Below are positions 28,411 to 41,247 of a DNA stretch of 64,000 nucleotides, piece after piece. The notes under the pieces were generated by a model. The model was not told the origin of the DNA. It did not search any database and saw nothing but the letters and a program-made list of their open reading frames with translations. Positions within the stretch are counted from its first letter, which is position 1, and each line of letters opens with the position of its first letter. The stretch lies in assembly GCA_951406725.2 (NCBI GenBank), contig OX597830.1, positions 77,872,001-77,936,000 of the forward strand, given 5' to 3'. This DNA is from Octopus vulgaris. Its lineage: Eukaryota. The position numbers and the translations under genes were made by a program.

Positions 28411-29421
28411 TATTATTACTCCCACTGCCACCATCAACACTACTACTTTTAATAAAACATCATCAACTCTCCCTAAATTTATTTGCCTCTGTCTTCGCCA
28501 CCACCACTACCGCCTCTATGCTTACTGTTACTCTCACCCCAGCATGAGCGATAGTAGAAGTGTCATTGAATAGTGAGGGAGGGAGGTCAAAGTGTGACAC
28601 ACTGAAACACAGAAATTAGTTTTCGCATTTATTATAGTAGCAGTCAGTCGAACTAACTGTTTCGTCATCTTGAATGGCGGAGACCCCGTGTTTCTACGCA
28701 TGTATATGCGTGTGCATTTTTGTATGTATGTATGTATGTGTGTATGTATGTATGTATGTAGGTATGTTTATGTATGTAAATCATGTAAGGATAATAATAA
28801 TTAAAAAGAGAGAGAGAGAGAATGTATGTGTATATTACTTCTCACACTTCCGGTTACTCATGGGTCGATCATGTGAACGTTATCCATGTGCGTTTTTTTT
28901 CTCTTGGGTCTCTTTTCGCTTTTCCTATCGTCTTACCTCCTTTCCTTGAATTTCTCCTTGTTTCCGACGAAGGACTATGTCCGAAACGTTATGCTTTCAC
29001 TCTATAACTTTTTGTTTATAGCTTTGAACATCAACGATATAATAATAAATTTGAACGTCCCTTGAACTTTGGTTGTTTTTTGTATTTGATTTTGTTTGTA
29101 TTGTAGACTTACTGTCTCCATATGTGTGTGTATACATACGTACATTCATATATATATATATATATATATATACATAATAATAAAGGGTAAAATTTATTAA
29201 TCAATTTATAATTGATAATCTTACCAAGTAGTTCTGTATGTTAAAAGAACCATTATTGGTAAACTTATACAAAAACTATTATAACTATAAACATAATTAT
29301 AATTCCAGACAGCTGTCTGGAAGACATCTTATGGTATTAGAATAGTAGTTAACTGCTATTTCTAAATTTCGGTATGTAGTGAAGCAATTTTGCTAAGCCC
29401 TAATTATAATAATTTATATAT

Positions 29422-29489
<68 letters not shown>

Positions 29490-29770
29490 GGTAGAAAGGG
29501 CTCCTTAGCCGTAGTGAAGGCAATCTATCTAGGGAGATAATCTTACAATAAATCACTCGGTCCGTAGCTTAGAAATACTGGGTTGACGTCCAGCGGGAAC
29601 AGCTTTGTTTCATAGAGGAGGAAAGATCTTCTTTAGTACTTGGTTGTACAATGCTTTCCAATGTGTGTAGTAGTGGCGCACGCACACATTATTAGCCATT
29701 TGAAAAGACTATGAAAGTCTCGACCACGGTCGAACAATGATGATGATGATATACATACATACATACATAC

Positions 29771-29963
29771 GATAGATCGTTAGCCACTACACACATTTTT
29801 TCTCTCCTTGTTTCTCTCTTTGTTTTTTCTGTGTCCCTTTCTGTAGAAGAGCGTAGGCTCGAAACGTAAAAGACTTTTTCTATTCCTGAGCGTTATACTA
29901 ATACATCTGTTTGTTTCGTACACCACTTGTCTTCGTCTTTTTTTCTTTTTCGTAAACTCTCCC
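29771..29963 (+). mobile_element. Short Penelope pseudo-LTR-related element with hammerhead-like motif (29837-29872)
   Basis: CTTT-CTGTAGA-A-GAGC-GTAG-GCTC-GAA-ACGT-A-AAAG; ends ctccc then TA-rich repeat; lies 600 bp upstream of the Hox3 acceptor on the sense strand. Confidence 0.82.
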
Positions 29964-30399
29964 TATGTATATATATATAAGGCACTCTTCCACTAGCCAG
30001 CCCCAAACTCAACTCGTCCTGTCGAAAGACCCTTGTCCTGACGTCCTGGTTTTGTTTTTATCCTTACCATTATTGTTTTTACGTATTTGTATTCTTATTC
30101 GTGCTTTCTTTATTGTTTTCACGTATTTTTGTATTTTTATTCGTGTACATCGTCCGTTTTTCCCTCCTTGTTTTGTATACATTCGAGGCTTTCTTCCAAG
30201 GGATCTAATGCGTTTGGCTTAGATTTCCCTTGGGGGCTGCCCAGATCGGAGCAATCTCAAGATTAATCAGCCGAAATTGCAAAGATGATCCGGTTCTTGA
30301 CTGATGATTGAGGGCTTCGAATGTCCCGTCCTGTGTTTCTTGTGTCGTCTTCTAGGTGTTTCACGTTCTTGTCCCAGTTTGTATATATCTTTTTACTTT

Positions 30400-30463
<64 letters not shown>

Positions 30464-30564
30464 TTGTTTCAACTATTTCATCGTAATGTAATCACGAAAA
30501 TTAAAATTGTCATTTTAGTTTTGGAGACTAATTATTTCTTTTCCCTTTTCCTTCTATTGAACAG

Positions 30565-31118
30565 AATGTGAACAGCCAGCGAAACGTGCCCGAACTGCAT
30601 ATACGAGCGCCCAACTTGTCGAATTGGAGAAAGAGTTTCATTTCAACCAGTACCTTTGTAGGCCTCGAAGAATTGAGATGGCAGCTCTTCTGAACCTCTC
30701 CGAACGTCAGATTAAAATCTGGTTTCAAAATCGTCGGATGAAGTTCAAGAAAGAAAAAAAGATGAAGGTGAATATGGACAAGTCTGGCAACAACAGCAGC
30801 AACAGCAGCAACGGCAGCGGCAGCGGTAGTGCCAAATCTTCCGACTGTCTCACCAACATGAACTCGGATTCGGATAGTCAGAGTTCCATGAAAAGTCTAG
30901 AACGACTTGGTAAAATGAACGGTGCTGGCGCTACCGTCGCGCCAGATGATGTGGTCATGGGCGGCTCGGCGATATCGCCGTACCGTCCTCAATCCGCGAC
31001 GCCGTCGCCGAGAGGAGGGCTTATGATGATGACGACGACGACGACAGGTGCTGCGACGCACAATCTAGGAAATCTCGGACCGCCGCCTCCAGGAATGAAC
31101 GGAGGAGGTGGCGGTGTT

Positions 31119-31150
<32 letters not shown>

Positions 31151-32483
31151 TGGTGGTGGTGGTGGACGAAGCGGCACGCCCGGCCTGTACTGTTCTATGA
31201 CGCCGACCATCACCACCATAACCACCACCATCTCTTCCTCGTCCTCCTCATCCTCCTCCTCTTCGTCCTCGTCGTCTTCATCGTCCACCTCGTCGTCCGC
31301 ATCCGCCTCCTCTTCGTCATCGTCCGCCTCGTCTACCACGTCTTCGTCGTCGTTGTCGTCTACGACGTCGACCCCGTCGCAACACATCAAAGACACTCTC
31401 CTCCTCTCCACACACACAAACAATAACAACAGCAACAACAACAATAACAACAACGGCCATATAACACCTGGTGGCGATGGTGGTGGAGGTGGTGGTGATG
31501 ATGGAAGTAGTGATGACGTCAAGGATGTTGATAACAATGATAGTAATAACATCAACAACAACAACAACAACAATCATACCAATGGTAGTAACAGTAATGC
31601 CAATAACAACAACAACAGCAACAATAATAGCAACGGGGGTGGGGGCGTGGCTTTGACCAACGGGAACTGTCTAGGAGGAAGTCTACAACTTTTAGGTCCG
31701 GCGGCGTGCTCAATGTCGCCGCCGGTAACCGAACCCGGGGCCCACCAACAGCACCACCAAGCAGCAGCGGCAGCGTTGGTGCCGCCGCCACCGCCACCTC
31801 CCCCGCCCTCTTCTCATCATTCGATCACGCAACATCACCCGGCCGCCGCGGTCGCTCACCACGCGGCGACTGCCGCGGGGTCGGCGATGCCTCCGCAACA
31901 CCACGCCCAGCAGCAGCAGCAGCCACCTCCCCCGCACCATCCGTCGCACCCGCCGCCGCCACCGCCGCCGCTCACAACGTACGTGCCTCACCATCCTCAC
32001 CAACAGCAGCAGCAACAACAACAACGACAACAACAGCATCATCATCATCAACAGCATCAACAACAACAACAACAGCAACAACACCACCATATGCAACAGC
32101 AGCAACACCATCATCAGCAACAACAACAACAACATCACCACCAGCAACATCAGCATCAACAACACCATCAACAACAACAACAACAACATCACCAACAACA
32201 GCAACCTCATCCACACCATCATCACCATCATCAAACATCGTCATCATCATCTCCTCAGCCTCCAAACGTGGGTTCGCCCCACGCTTACATGAACTCACAC
32301 CTGTTGCATCATGTGACCGGATCCAATTCCCCTTACATTACTGGTTCGCTACTGGAGGACGCTAGCGGCGGTATACACTATCAGCTGACTCACACGTCCC
32401 AGTTGGGGGCGTGCGGTATACCCAGCGCTCACGAACTTCATCATGATACCTATTCCTACATACCTAAACTAACGCATCTGTGA
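30565..32483 (+). CDS. Hox3: Hox3 homeobox-containing terminal coding exon (partial gene; upstream exon not found in window)
   Basis: Polypyrimidine tract and acceptor ttcccttttccttctattgaacAG end at 30564. The exon reads (phase 1) [64 protein letters not shown] (homeodomain 30579-30758), diagnostic of paralogy group 3 ([25 protein letters not shown]). The frame stays open to TGA at 32483 and ends in IPKLTHL, matching the PKLTHL C-terminus of vertebrate group-3 Hox proteins. Confidence 0.96.
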
Positions 32484-32573
32484 AAGAGACGCGCGCACGC
32501 ATACACACTCATACACAGACAAAACAGACAGTGTGGGGTTTCTTTGTGTTGTATTGTTTGTTTGTTTTTGTGA

Positions 32574-32608
<35 letters not shown>

Positions 32609-32671
32609 CATTATTATTATCATTATTATTATTATTTGTAAAATTGTCCTTATGCATACATACGTAGATAC

Positions 32672-32738
<67 letters not shown>

Positions 32739-32867
32739 CATACATATATATATGCATGACAAACTCACATAAATATACATACCTATTACACAAGCACAGT
32801 AACACATACATATCATACCTATATAAGTGTATATTTGTGTGTATGTGTGTACATATATAGATATATT

Positions 32868-32918
<51 letters not shown>

Positions 32919-33417
32919 ATGTATATATATACATACATACATACATACATACATACATACATACATACATACATACATACATACATACATACATACATAC
33001 ATACATACATACCATACATACATACCATACATACATATGCAAACGTGTCAATATTCACTTGCACTTAACACCAGCAGTATCAATGAAAACTAAAAAAATT
33101 AAAATATAATTAAAACATACAGAAGCAAAAAAACTTCTTTTTTTTGGGTTTCAAAAACAAATTTTAATGAAAAGACGTTGAAAAATAATTATTTAACTAA
33201 TGAAATAATAAAAAGAAAAAATTAATTTCTAAAAAAAATGCAAAGTAAAATATACTAGAACCTGTACAACGTGGACGAAATGATAAATGTTAATAATGTT
33301 AATTATTATTAATAAGAACAAGACAGTTGTGATGATGATGATGACGATTGTGAGGAGAAGGAGGAAGAGGAGAAGGAGAAAGAGAAAGCGATGAAAAACT
33401 TCAAAGACGGCGATGAC

Positions 33418-33468
<51 letters not shown>

Positions 33469-33900
33469 ATTAACGAATAAAATGGTGATGATAATAGTAA
33501 TAATAATAAAATATAAAAGTGAAAGAGAGGATGATGGTTAAGTTGGTGATGAGTATGATGATGATGATGATGATGATAATGATTGTAATTTTCATTGCAA
33601 ATGCAACGGACAATGAGTTTACAGAGATATATAAAAGAATAAAAAGGAAAGAAAATATACAGAAATAAATAAAGACATTAAAACAAACAACAACCCACAA
33701 ATAAAAACAGACAAAACTCAAAGAGTAAGAACCAGAGCAGATGGAGGTAGGTAGGGAAGAAATGAGGTGAAGTCTGAGTTGAAGAATCTCTATGTAATAA
33801 ATTTATGTTAAAAATAAAACAACAGCCACAACAATCTAAAGAAAAAAAGCAACAGAATAATAAAAGATGTATAAAAAACCAGACACCTGTTTCTCTGTCA
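32484..33900 (+). other. Probable Hox3 3' UTR with candidate poly(A) signals
   Basis: AT-rich, SINE-free stretch after the stop, with several AATAAA hexamers (about 33476, 33813, 33860); the last is followed by a T/GT-rich tract. The true 3' end cannot be fixed from sequence alone. Confidence 0.4.
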
Positions 33901-35472
33901 CTGATCTTTAAAGTTTATATATATATGTATGTTTATAAATAGAAATGTAAAGGAAACATATTAGCGAGTGTGCTTAGTAAGCAGACGTTTAAGACACGTT
34001 TCTAAAAGCATAAGCAAATACCATGGTCTTTTTTACATTGTTGCCTCTAATTAACATTGATTCAGAACCAAAATGTATGTTTACTGAAAGCACACGCTTG
34101 TGAGTTTACCATACATTTCTAATTATTCTCCAATTGAGTAGTGCTTCTGTTTTGTGCATGTGTATGAGTGTGTATGTATATCATATTTTATCTTTTAGTT
34201 ATTTCAGTTATTAGACTACTAGTTTAAAAGCGGCACTCTGTGCAGACTTTTAAAGTAGCTCCTGTGGAGGGCTAATTGGGCCTGCTGCCCAAAACTAAAA
34301 GGAGCAAAATAGCATGACTATAATACGTCTAAAATGATTATATACCCCGGTGGTATTTGATCAGAGATAAGACGGTGACTTGGCAGAAACGTTAACACGC
34401 CGGTCCAAATGCCTAGCGGTATTTCATCTGCCGTTACGTTGTGAGTTCAAATTCCGTCGAGGTTGACTTTGCCTTTCATTCTTTCGGGGTCGATAAACTA
34501 AGTACCAGTTACGCACTGGGGTCGATGTAATCGGCTTAATACCTATGTCTGTCCTTGTTTGTCCCCTCTGTTTAGCCCCTTGTGGGTAATAAAGAAATAG
34601 GTATTTGATCAGAGATTAATGGCGAATGAGAATTAATTTTGTAATGCAAGCATTCTATTGTTCCAGTCCCAAGATCAATTCCAACTGTTGACCAATTTAT
34701 CCCAAGGTTCTTATCCCGACCTAAAGTTAATGAAGCGAACATCATTTATCTCCCCCTTGATCTCTAACCAAGATGGCGCGAATCAGCCAAGTTTCACCTG
34801 CTGGCAATATCAACTCAAATGCTTTTATATCAGATCCCGGATGTTCAAGAAACAAATGAAGGGTGGAATTTCAACCTCAGGATCATCCTGATTCCAAAAA
34901 GGTATAATGTGTCTATGTAGACTGAGTGAAATACGTGGGTCCAGGACAGAATTTAAAGCTTCTTGTTATATGTGTTCATGTTGAGATATCGCCTCGAAGA
35001 GTTTCGTCGAACAAATCTACTCCTGCACTCACTTTTTAAGTTTGGTACTTATTCTGTCGTATTCTTCTGTTAAACCATGAAGTTAAGGAGGACGTAAGCG
35101 AAACAACACCGGTTGTAAAGCAGTGATGAGGAAAGAAACACACACACACAAAGCATATGCAAAGTGGTGTGTGTATATATATATATACTCTTTTTACTCT
35201 TTTACTTGTTTCACACATTTGACTACGGCCATGCTGGAGCACCGCCTTCAGTCGACCAAATCGACCCCAGGACTTATTCTTTGTAAGCCTTGTACTTATT
35301 CTATCGGTCTCTTTTTGCCGAACCGCTAAGTTACGGGGACGTAAGCACACCAGCATCGGTTGTCAAGCGATGTTGGGGGGACAAACATAGACACACACAC
35401 ACATATATATACATATACATATAAACGAAGGGGCTTCTTTCAGTTCCCGTCTACCAAATCTGTTACTCATTC

Positions 35473-35510
<38 letters not shown>

Positions 35511-35978
35511 ATGTAGTATGTATATATATATTATATATAGCATTATATATGAATTCATGTGTTTGTCATGGTAAGCTGCTATAACGAACCCAACCATAAT
35601 CCTAAGGACAACAGGTGGTTAAATAAATATATTCACCTGACTTTTTATGGTTTATATATATATACATATAGCCGAAATTGCGAGGATGATCCGGTTCTTG
35701 ACTGAAGATTAAAGGCTTCAAATGACCTGTCTGTGTTTTTTGTCGTCGTCTGGATGTTTTGCGTTCTTGTCCCATTTTGTATTTATATATATATATATAT
35801 CGACGAAACTTATATATAAGTAAGTTTCGTAGCTGTTTCAACATGGCTGTTCCATTCGAACGGACTTTATTTTAGTTTTTTCAACCCCGAGAGGACATCT
35901 CCTCTAGCTGGTAACGAAGCATACCTGCATCTGATACATTGCGAACAGGGGAGCCAATCCCTACCACCTTTTAGCATG

Positions 35979-36012
<34 letters not shown>

Positions 36013-36150
36013 CTGATGCATAGATAGATATACATACACACTTACATGTATATATATACACACACACATATATGTATATATATGTATATATATATACTCA
36101 TGCATAGATAGATATACATACACACTTATATGTATATATACACACACACA

Positions 36151-36213
<63 letters not shown>

Positions 36214-36635
36214 ATGTGTGTATGTATGTATGAATGAATGTATATGTGGGAAGGTGTAGAGAATAGAATGTGCGAGAGAAAAGGATTTGAAGAAATGAAT
36301 TAAAACAGGAAACAAGGAGAGAAAGCGAAGAAAACAGAGATAAGAATCTAACCACACTTACACATATGTATACACACTCACACTCACACTCACACATACA
36401 CATAATTACCCTCACGTATCTAACGCATCTGTATGTAAGCATATGTATATAATTACATATGTAAACATATATGTCTCTGTGTCTCTGATCAACATGCAGC
36501 TTTCTCGGTGGGGTATTTCCTCCTCAGCTGTCGAGTGGTGATCACAACGACTGATATGTGGTTGTGTGTGTGTGTGTATGTGTGTGTACCTACGGATATA
36601 CTTATCTATAAATATGCATGTGTGTGTATGTATGC

Positions 36636-36673
<38 letters not shown>

Positions 36674-36770
36674 CGGGAAGCTTTATGAAAATAAACAAAA
36701 GACGAAGGCAGGTGGAAAACAAACGAACAATTGTATTAGTATGGCGCTCAGGAAATATAAATAAAACAAG

Positions 36771-36808
36771 TCTTTAACGTTTCGAGCCTACGCTCTTCAA
36801 CAGAAAGA
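36771..36808 (-). ncRNA. Minimal type I hammerhead-like ribozyme motif in the 3' pseudo-LTR (non-canonical core)
   Basis: Minus strand reads UCUUU-CUGUUGA-A-GAGC-GUAG-GCUC-GAA-ACGU-U-AAAGA: 5-bp stem I, 4-bp stem II and a palindromic ACGU stem III. Confidence 0.7.
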
Positions 36809-37285
36809 TACACAGAGAGAGAAAAACACAGAAAGAAGGAGAGAAAAAAATGCGTGCAGTAGCTAACGAATCAACATGGCGATCTGATTTCGGCCAGAGG
36901 TCAAAGATCAAACATGAGACGCGAGAGCGAAATAAGGGGAGATAATAGGGTTGAGGGACCAGCTAAAAGTGCGTGGGAGGGGTCTGGATGTGTATGTATA
37001 GGGTTGGTGTATGTATTAGTATGTATAAGGGTGTGTGTGTGTGTGTGTGTGTGTATGAGAGAGTATCAGTGCGTGGGATTGGTCTGGACGTGCGTATGTA
37101 TGGGGTTGGTGTATGTATTAGTATGTATTAGTACGTATTGGTATGTATAGGTGTGTGTGTGTGTGTGTGAGAGAGTATAAGTGCGTATGCGGGGTCTGGA
37201 CGTGTGTATGTATAGGGTTGGTGTAAGTATTAGTATGTACTAGTATGTATTAGTACGTATTAGTATGTATTAGTTGGTGTGTGTA

Positions 37286-40267
37286 TTAGTATGGCACATC
37301 ATATGTGATGTGATGTGTAAAGTCATGTGGTGTAGTGAGGAGAAGAGGGGGAGGGGAGAAGAGGGGGAGAAGGGGAGGGGAAGAAGAGGGGGAGGGGAGG
37401 GTGAAGAGGAGAGGATGGGGAGAAGGAAGGGGAGGAGAGGGATGAAGGAGGAAAGAGGGAGAGGGGGAGAGAGAAGGGGAGAGAGGGAGTGAGGGAGCAG
37501 AGGGAAGAGGAAGAGGGAGGGAGAAAGAGGGAAGAAGGGAAGGGGAGTAGGGGTGAAAGGATGAAGGACTGAAGAAGTGGGGGTCGGGGGAGAAAGGATA
37601 GGTGAGGAGGGGGAGAGGGGGGTTAGATGAGGAGGGGGGAGAGTTGAGACCAAATGGCGTATAAGAGCGAAGAGAGAAGATTAATTCCTGTTCACGGCGC
37701 AAACGGGAATCCGGATGGCCTCTGTGTAAGGACAAACCGAACACAGATAGGTGTTGCAAGGAGTGACCGGTGGAGCGGAAATGGCGTGAGACCGGTGTGT
37801 CGTTCGCAAGGTGGATGTCACGAAGGTGTTCCGCGAACCGGTCAGCCAAGCGGCGTCCCGTTTGTCCGATGTACAAGGAATTGCAGAGAGAGCAAGAGAT
37901 GCAATAGATAATATTGCTGGAGGTGCAGGTGAAGGAGTGGATGATGGGATAGGGTCGATGGTGGGTGCTAGTGAGGCGGGTGGTGTTGGAGAGGTAAGGG
38001 CAAGTGCGGCAACGTGGGCGGGAGCAGGGGAACGAGCCGGGTTGGGAGGTAGGGTCAGGGAAGGAGCTATGGACCAAAAGGTCTCGAAGGTTGTGGGCTC
38101 GTTTGAAAGAGGGGAGGGGTCGGTTAGGGAAGAGGTGTGAAGTGGACGGGTCGGACTGGAGACGACGGAAAGCTCGAAGAATGGTGCGTTGGAGACGTAG
38201 GGTCGTGGGGTGGTAAGTGAGGGGAAAAGGGAGGCGGGAGACTACAGGGCGGGTTCGGGGAGAGAGAGCAGATACACGGTCCACGGACCGTGCTCTGGCA
38301 AGGGCGGTGTGGATAGTGGTGAGGGGGTATCCACGTAGGGTGAAGTGGTGAGCCATACGTTGAGACTGAGTCTCAAAGTCATGGTCGTCACTACAGAGCC
38401 TACGTAGACGGAGGAATTGGGAATAGGGGATGGAAAGCTTGGTGTGTTCTGGGTGGGAGGAAGAGAAGTTGAGGTATGAGTGTGAGTCTGTGTGTTTGTA
38501 GTGAATGGAGGTGGTAAGAGTGGAGTCAAGAATGCTAACCGAAATGTCGAGGAAGGAGACAGAGGTGTTGGAGATAGTGGAAGTGAAGTGGAGGGCTGGA
38601 TGGAAAGATTGGACGAAAGAGAGGAAGGAATCTAGATGTTCGCGGGAGAGTGAGGTGGCACCGATAATGTCGTCAATATAACGACCATATAGTTCAGGAG
38701 TGGGACCAGTGAAAGTAGAGAATATTTGGGCCTCAACATAGCCAACGAACAGGTTCGCATAGTTGGGGCCCATTCGCGTTCCCATGGCCACTCCCGAGAC
38801 CTGATGGTAGAACTCGCCCGCGAACGAGAAGCAGTTCAGAGTAAGGACAAGTTCGGCCAGACGAATGAGTGTGGAGGTGTCAGGTACAGGGTTAGAGCGG
38901 AGGTCAAGAAAGTGTCGAAGGGCCTGCAGTCCTTCGTGGTGAGGGATAACAGTATAGAGGCTTTGGATGTCCATAGTAAAAAGGATTTTGGAGGAGCCGG
39001 GAGGAAAGGAGAAAGAGTTGAAAAGCCGGAGAGCATGGTTGGTATCGTGGATGTGGGAGGGAAGAGATGCCACTAGGGGGGCAAGGACACGGTCGAGGTA
39101 TTTAGAGATGAGCTCCGTGGGGCAGTTACAGGCGGAGACGATGGGGCGGCCAGGGTTGTTGGGTTTGTGGATTTTGGGGAGGAAGTAAATGGTGGGGGTA
39201 CGTGGGGTTCGCACAATTAGGTTGGATGCGGTGCGGGGGAGACGGGAGGACGAGATGAGGTCTTGGACAGTAGAGGATACTGTCTGTTGGTAGCTACGTG
39301 TGGGGTTAGAGGGCAGAGGGGAATAGAAGGAGGTGTCATTGAGTTGGCGGAAAGCCTCGGCCCTATAGAGGTCCGCGCGCCACACCACTACAGCTCCACC
39401 CTTGTCAGCCGGTTTGATGATAATGTCAGCGCGCCGTTGGAGGGAACGAAGAGCCAAGAGCTCAGCCGGGGAGATGTTGAGGCGGCGTTGGCGCCTGGAG
39501 AAGTTGAACCGCTCCAATGCACGCTGACAAGCGCCCGCGAAAAGATCCACTGCTAGGATCTGGCCAGGGGCAGGCGTCCACGGGGATGGTCGGCGGCCCA
39601 GGCCAGTGAAGCAGTCGTCCTCTTCGTTGGGTGTGGGTGGCGAGTCGTGGTAATGCGCACCCAACCGGACACGGCGCACAAAGCTGTGGACATCAACTCG
39701 CGTCTGGAATTCCTTACAGGATGGAGTGAGGGGGATGAAACGCAGACCCCTACCAAGGACGGAGCGTTCAGCCGCAGAGAGGGGAAGATCGGGGGGAATG
39801 GTAACAACAGACGGAAGTGGAGAAGGGGTGGGTGGAATAGAAGTAGGAGGGGTGGTAGGTCTCGTGGAGGTCTGAGGGGGAGGGATTGGGGAGGTGTGTG
39901 GGGGGTGGTTGGGCGGGGCAGTAGGGTTAGGTGTAGGTGGATGGAGCCTAACGGGAGGGGAGAAGGGGTTGTAGGGAGGGGCAGTGGGGTTAGGTGTGGG
40001 TGGATGGAGCCTATCGGGAGGGGAGAAGGGTGGTGGAGGAGTTGGGGTAGTGGCGTCGGGTAGGGTGGAATGGAAGAGTGATTGGAGTTTACGAAGTTTG
40101 GTATCAGAAAGAAATTGATGGAAGAGTTGATTCAAATGGATAATGAAGCGTAGCGTGTTTGGAGCATAGAGAGGCGGCAGAGAGGAGAAGAAGGTGGAGA
40201 AAGCAGGAGGAAGAAGGCGGTTGATGGCTTGTAGTTTGGAGAGATTGGAGCGAATGGTGGCCCGCAT
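37286..40267 (-). CDS. Penelope-like reverse transcriptase / GIY-YIG endonuclease (true ORF probably 40530-37623, see findings)
   Basis: RT motifs IIKPADKGGAVVV, YFLPKIHK, GRPIVS, FTMDIQSLYTVIP, GVAMGTRMGP, RYIDD and FLDISV; Cys linker CSRPRCRTC; endonuclease NIIYCISCSLCNSLYIGQTGRRLADRFAEH...REQELI...GLN. Confidence 0.93.
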   Translation of the reverse strand: MRATIRSNLSKLQAINRLLPPAFSTFFSSLPPLYAPNTLRFIIHLNQLFHQFLSDTKLRKLQSLFHSTLPDATTPTPPPPFSPPDRLHPPTPNPTAPPYNPFSPPVRLHPPTPNPTAPPNHPPHTSPIPPPQTSTRPTTPPTSIPPTPSPLPSVVTIPPDLPLSAAERSVLGRGLRFIPLTPSCKEFQTRVDVHSFVRRVRLGAHYHDSPPTPNEEDDCFTGLGRRPSPWTPAPGQILAVDLFAGACQRALERFNFSRRQRRLNISPAELLALRSLQRRADIIIKPADKGGAVVVWRADLYRAEAFRQLNDTSFYSPLPSNPTRSYQQTVSSTVQDLISSSRLPRTASNLIVRTPRTPTIYFLPKIHKPNNPGRPIVSACNCPTELISKYLDRVLAPLVASLPSHIHDTNHALRLFNSFSFPPGSSKILFTMDIQSLYTVIPHHEGLQALRHFLDLRSNPVPDTSTLIRLAELVLTLNCFSFAGEFYHQVSGVAMGTRMGPNYANLFVGYVEAQIFSTFTGPTPELYGRYIDDIIGATSLSREHLDSFLSFVQSFHPALHFTSTISNTSVSFLDISVSILDSTLTTSIHYKHTDSHSYLNFSSSHPEHTKLSIPYSQFLRLRRLCSDDHDFETQSQRMAHHFTLRGYPLTTIHTALARARSVDRVSALSPRTRPVVSRLPFPLTYHPTTLRLQRTILRAFRRLQSDPSTSHLFPNRPLPSFKRAHNLRDLLVHSSFPDPTSQPGSFPCSRPRCRTCPYLSNTTRLTSTHHRPYPIIHSFTCTSSNIIYCISCSLCNSLYIGQTGRRLADRFAEHLRDIHLANDTPVSRHFRSTGHSLQHLSVFGLSLHRGHPDSRLRREQELIFSLRSYTPFGLNSPPSSSNPPLPLLTYPFSPDPHFFSPSSFHPYSPSLLPSFSLPLPLPSAPSLPLSPSLSPSPSFLLHPSPPLPSPHPLLFTLPSPSSSPPLLPLFSPPPLLLTTPHDFTHHITYDVPY

Positions 40268-41247
40268 AAGGCGGTAAGATGTGGTGCGGAGTATGGGTAA
40301 GATGGAAGAATCCGAGTGGAGAGCAGGGTGGAAGTGGAGGCGGAAACCTTTAGGGATGAGTCGGTGATGTAGGCAGCGGCTTAGGAAAGAGACATGGCTA
40401 GAGAAGCGGGTTTTTTTAAAAGAAGTAGAGAGAGATTAACGGACGGCTGAAGGCGATATACAGGAAGCGAACGTAGATGATCCTTCAAACGGTGATTGAG
40501 GGTGAGGAGGTAGGACCTAGGATCCGGCATGATGGGATAGCGGAAAAAAAACGTTCGAAAAAACAAAAAAAACAAAAAACAAAAATTATCGTATGAAAAA
40601 AATAGAAAAAAAGGGGAAAAAACAAACGTTCAAAAAAACAAAAAAAATAAAAAAAATAATAATCGTATGAAAAAACTAGATAAGTAAGCGATAGGGGCAG
40701 AAAAGACGGGGCAAACGGAAAAGGGAAAGAAAGAAGGGAAGCAGAGAGAGGGGGAGGCAAAAAAAAGGGGGTGCAGGCAGAGGAAACGGAGTATGGACAT
40801 CCAGAGAGGGAAGAAAGACGGAAAGGAGAACAAAAATTCAGGAAAATGTGGAAAGCATGAAATGAATGTAAAAAAAGTGGTAATATAAGAGAAAATAAAA
40901 ATACAACAAACGGGACAGTTTATGCGAACAAGTTCAAGGTTGAAAGTTCAAGGTGAGAAATGTGTAGACGTCGTGGTATATTTTTTAAGGATTTCACATC
41001 AATGCAAAGTCACTTTGATCCGCGAAAGAGAGGTGCAGCCGATGGTAAGTATCCAAGAGGTAAAGAAAATCCAAGGTAGAGGTAAGTGTTGATAGTGGTA
41101 TTGGTAGAATATAGGATGAAAGTGAGACCACGTGAGCGCATAATATATAACGGGAAGCTTTATGAAAATAAACAAAAGACGAAGGCAGGTGGAAAACAAA
41201 CGAACAATTGTATTAGTATGGCGCTCAGGAAATATAAATAAAACAAG

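Noticed and set aside
29303-29322. Perfect 20-bp palindrome ttccagacagctgtctggaa
   Set aside because: It sits inside a degraded TA-flanked repeat and is probably a collapsed hairpin; no independent function can be supported.
30989-32365. Antisense and alternative-frame ORFs overlapping Hox3
   Set aside because: By-products of GC-rich triplet repeats in the real reading frame.
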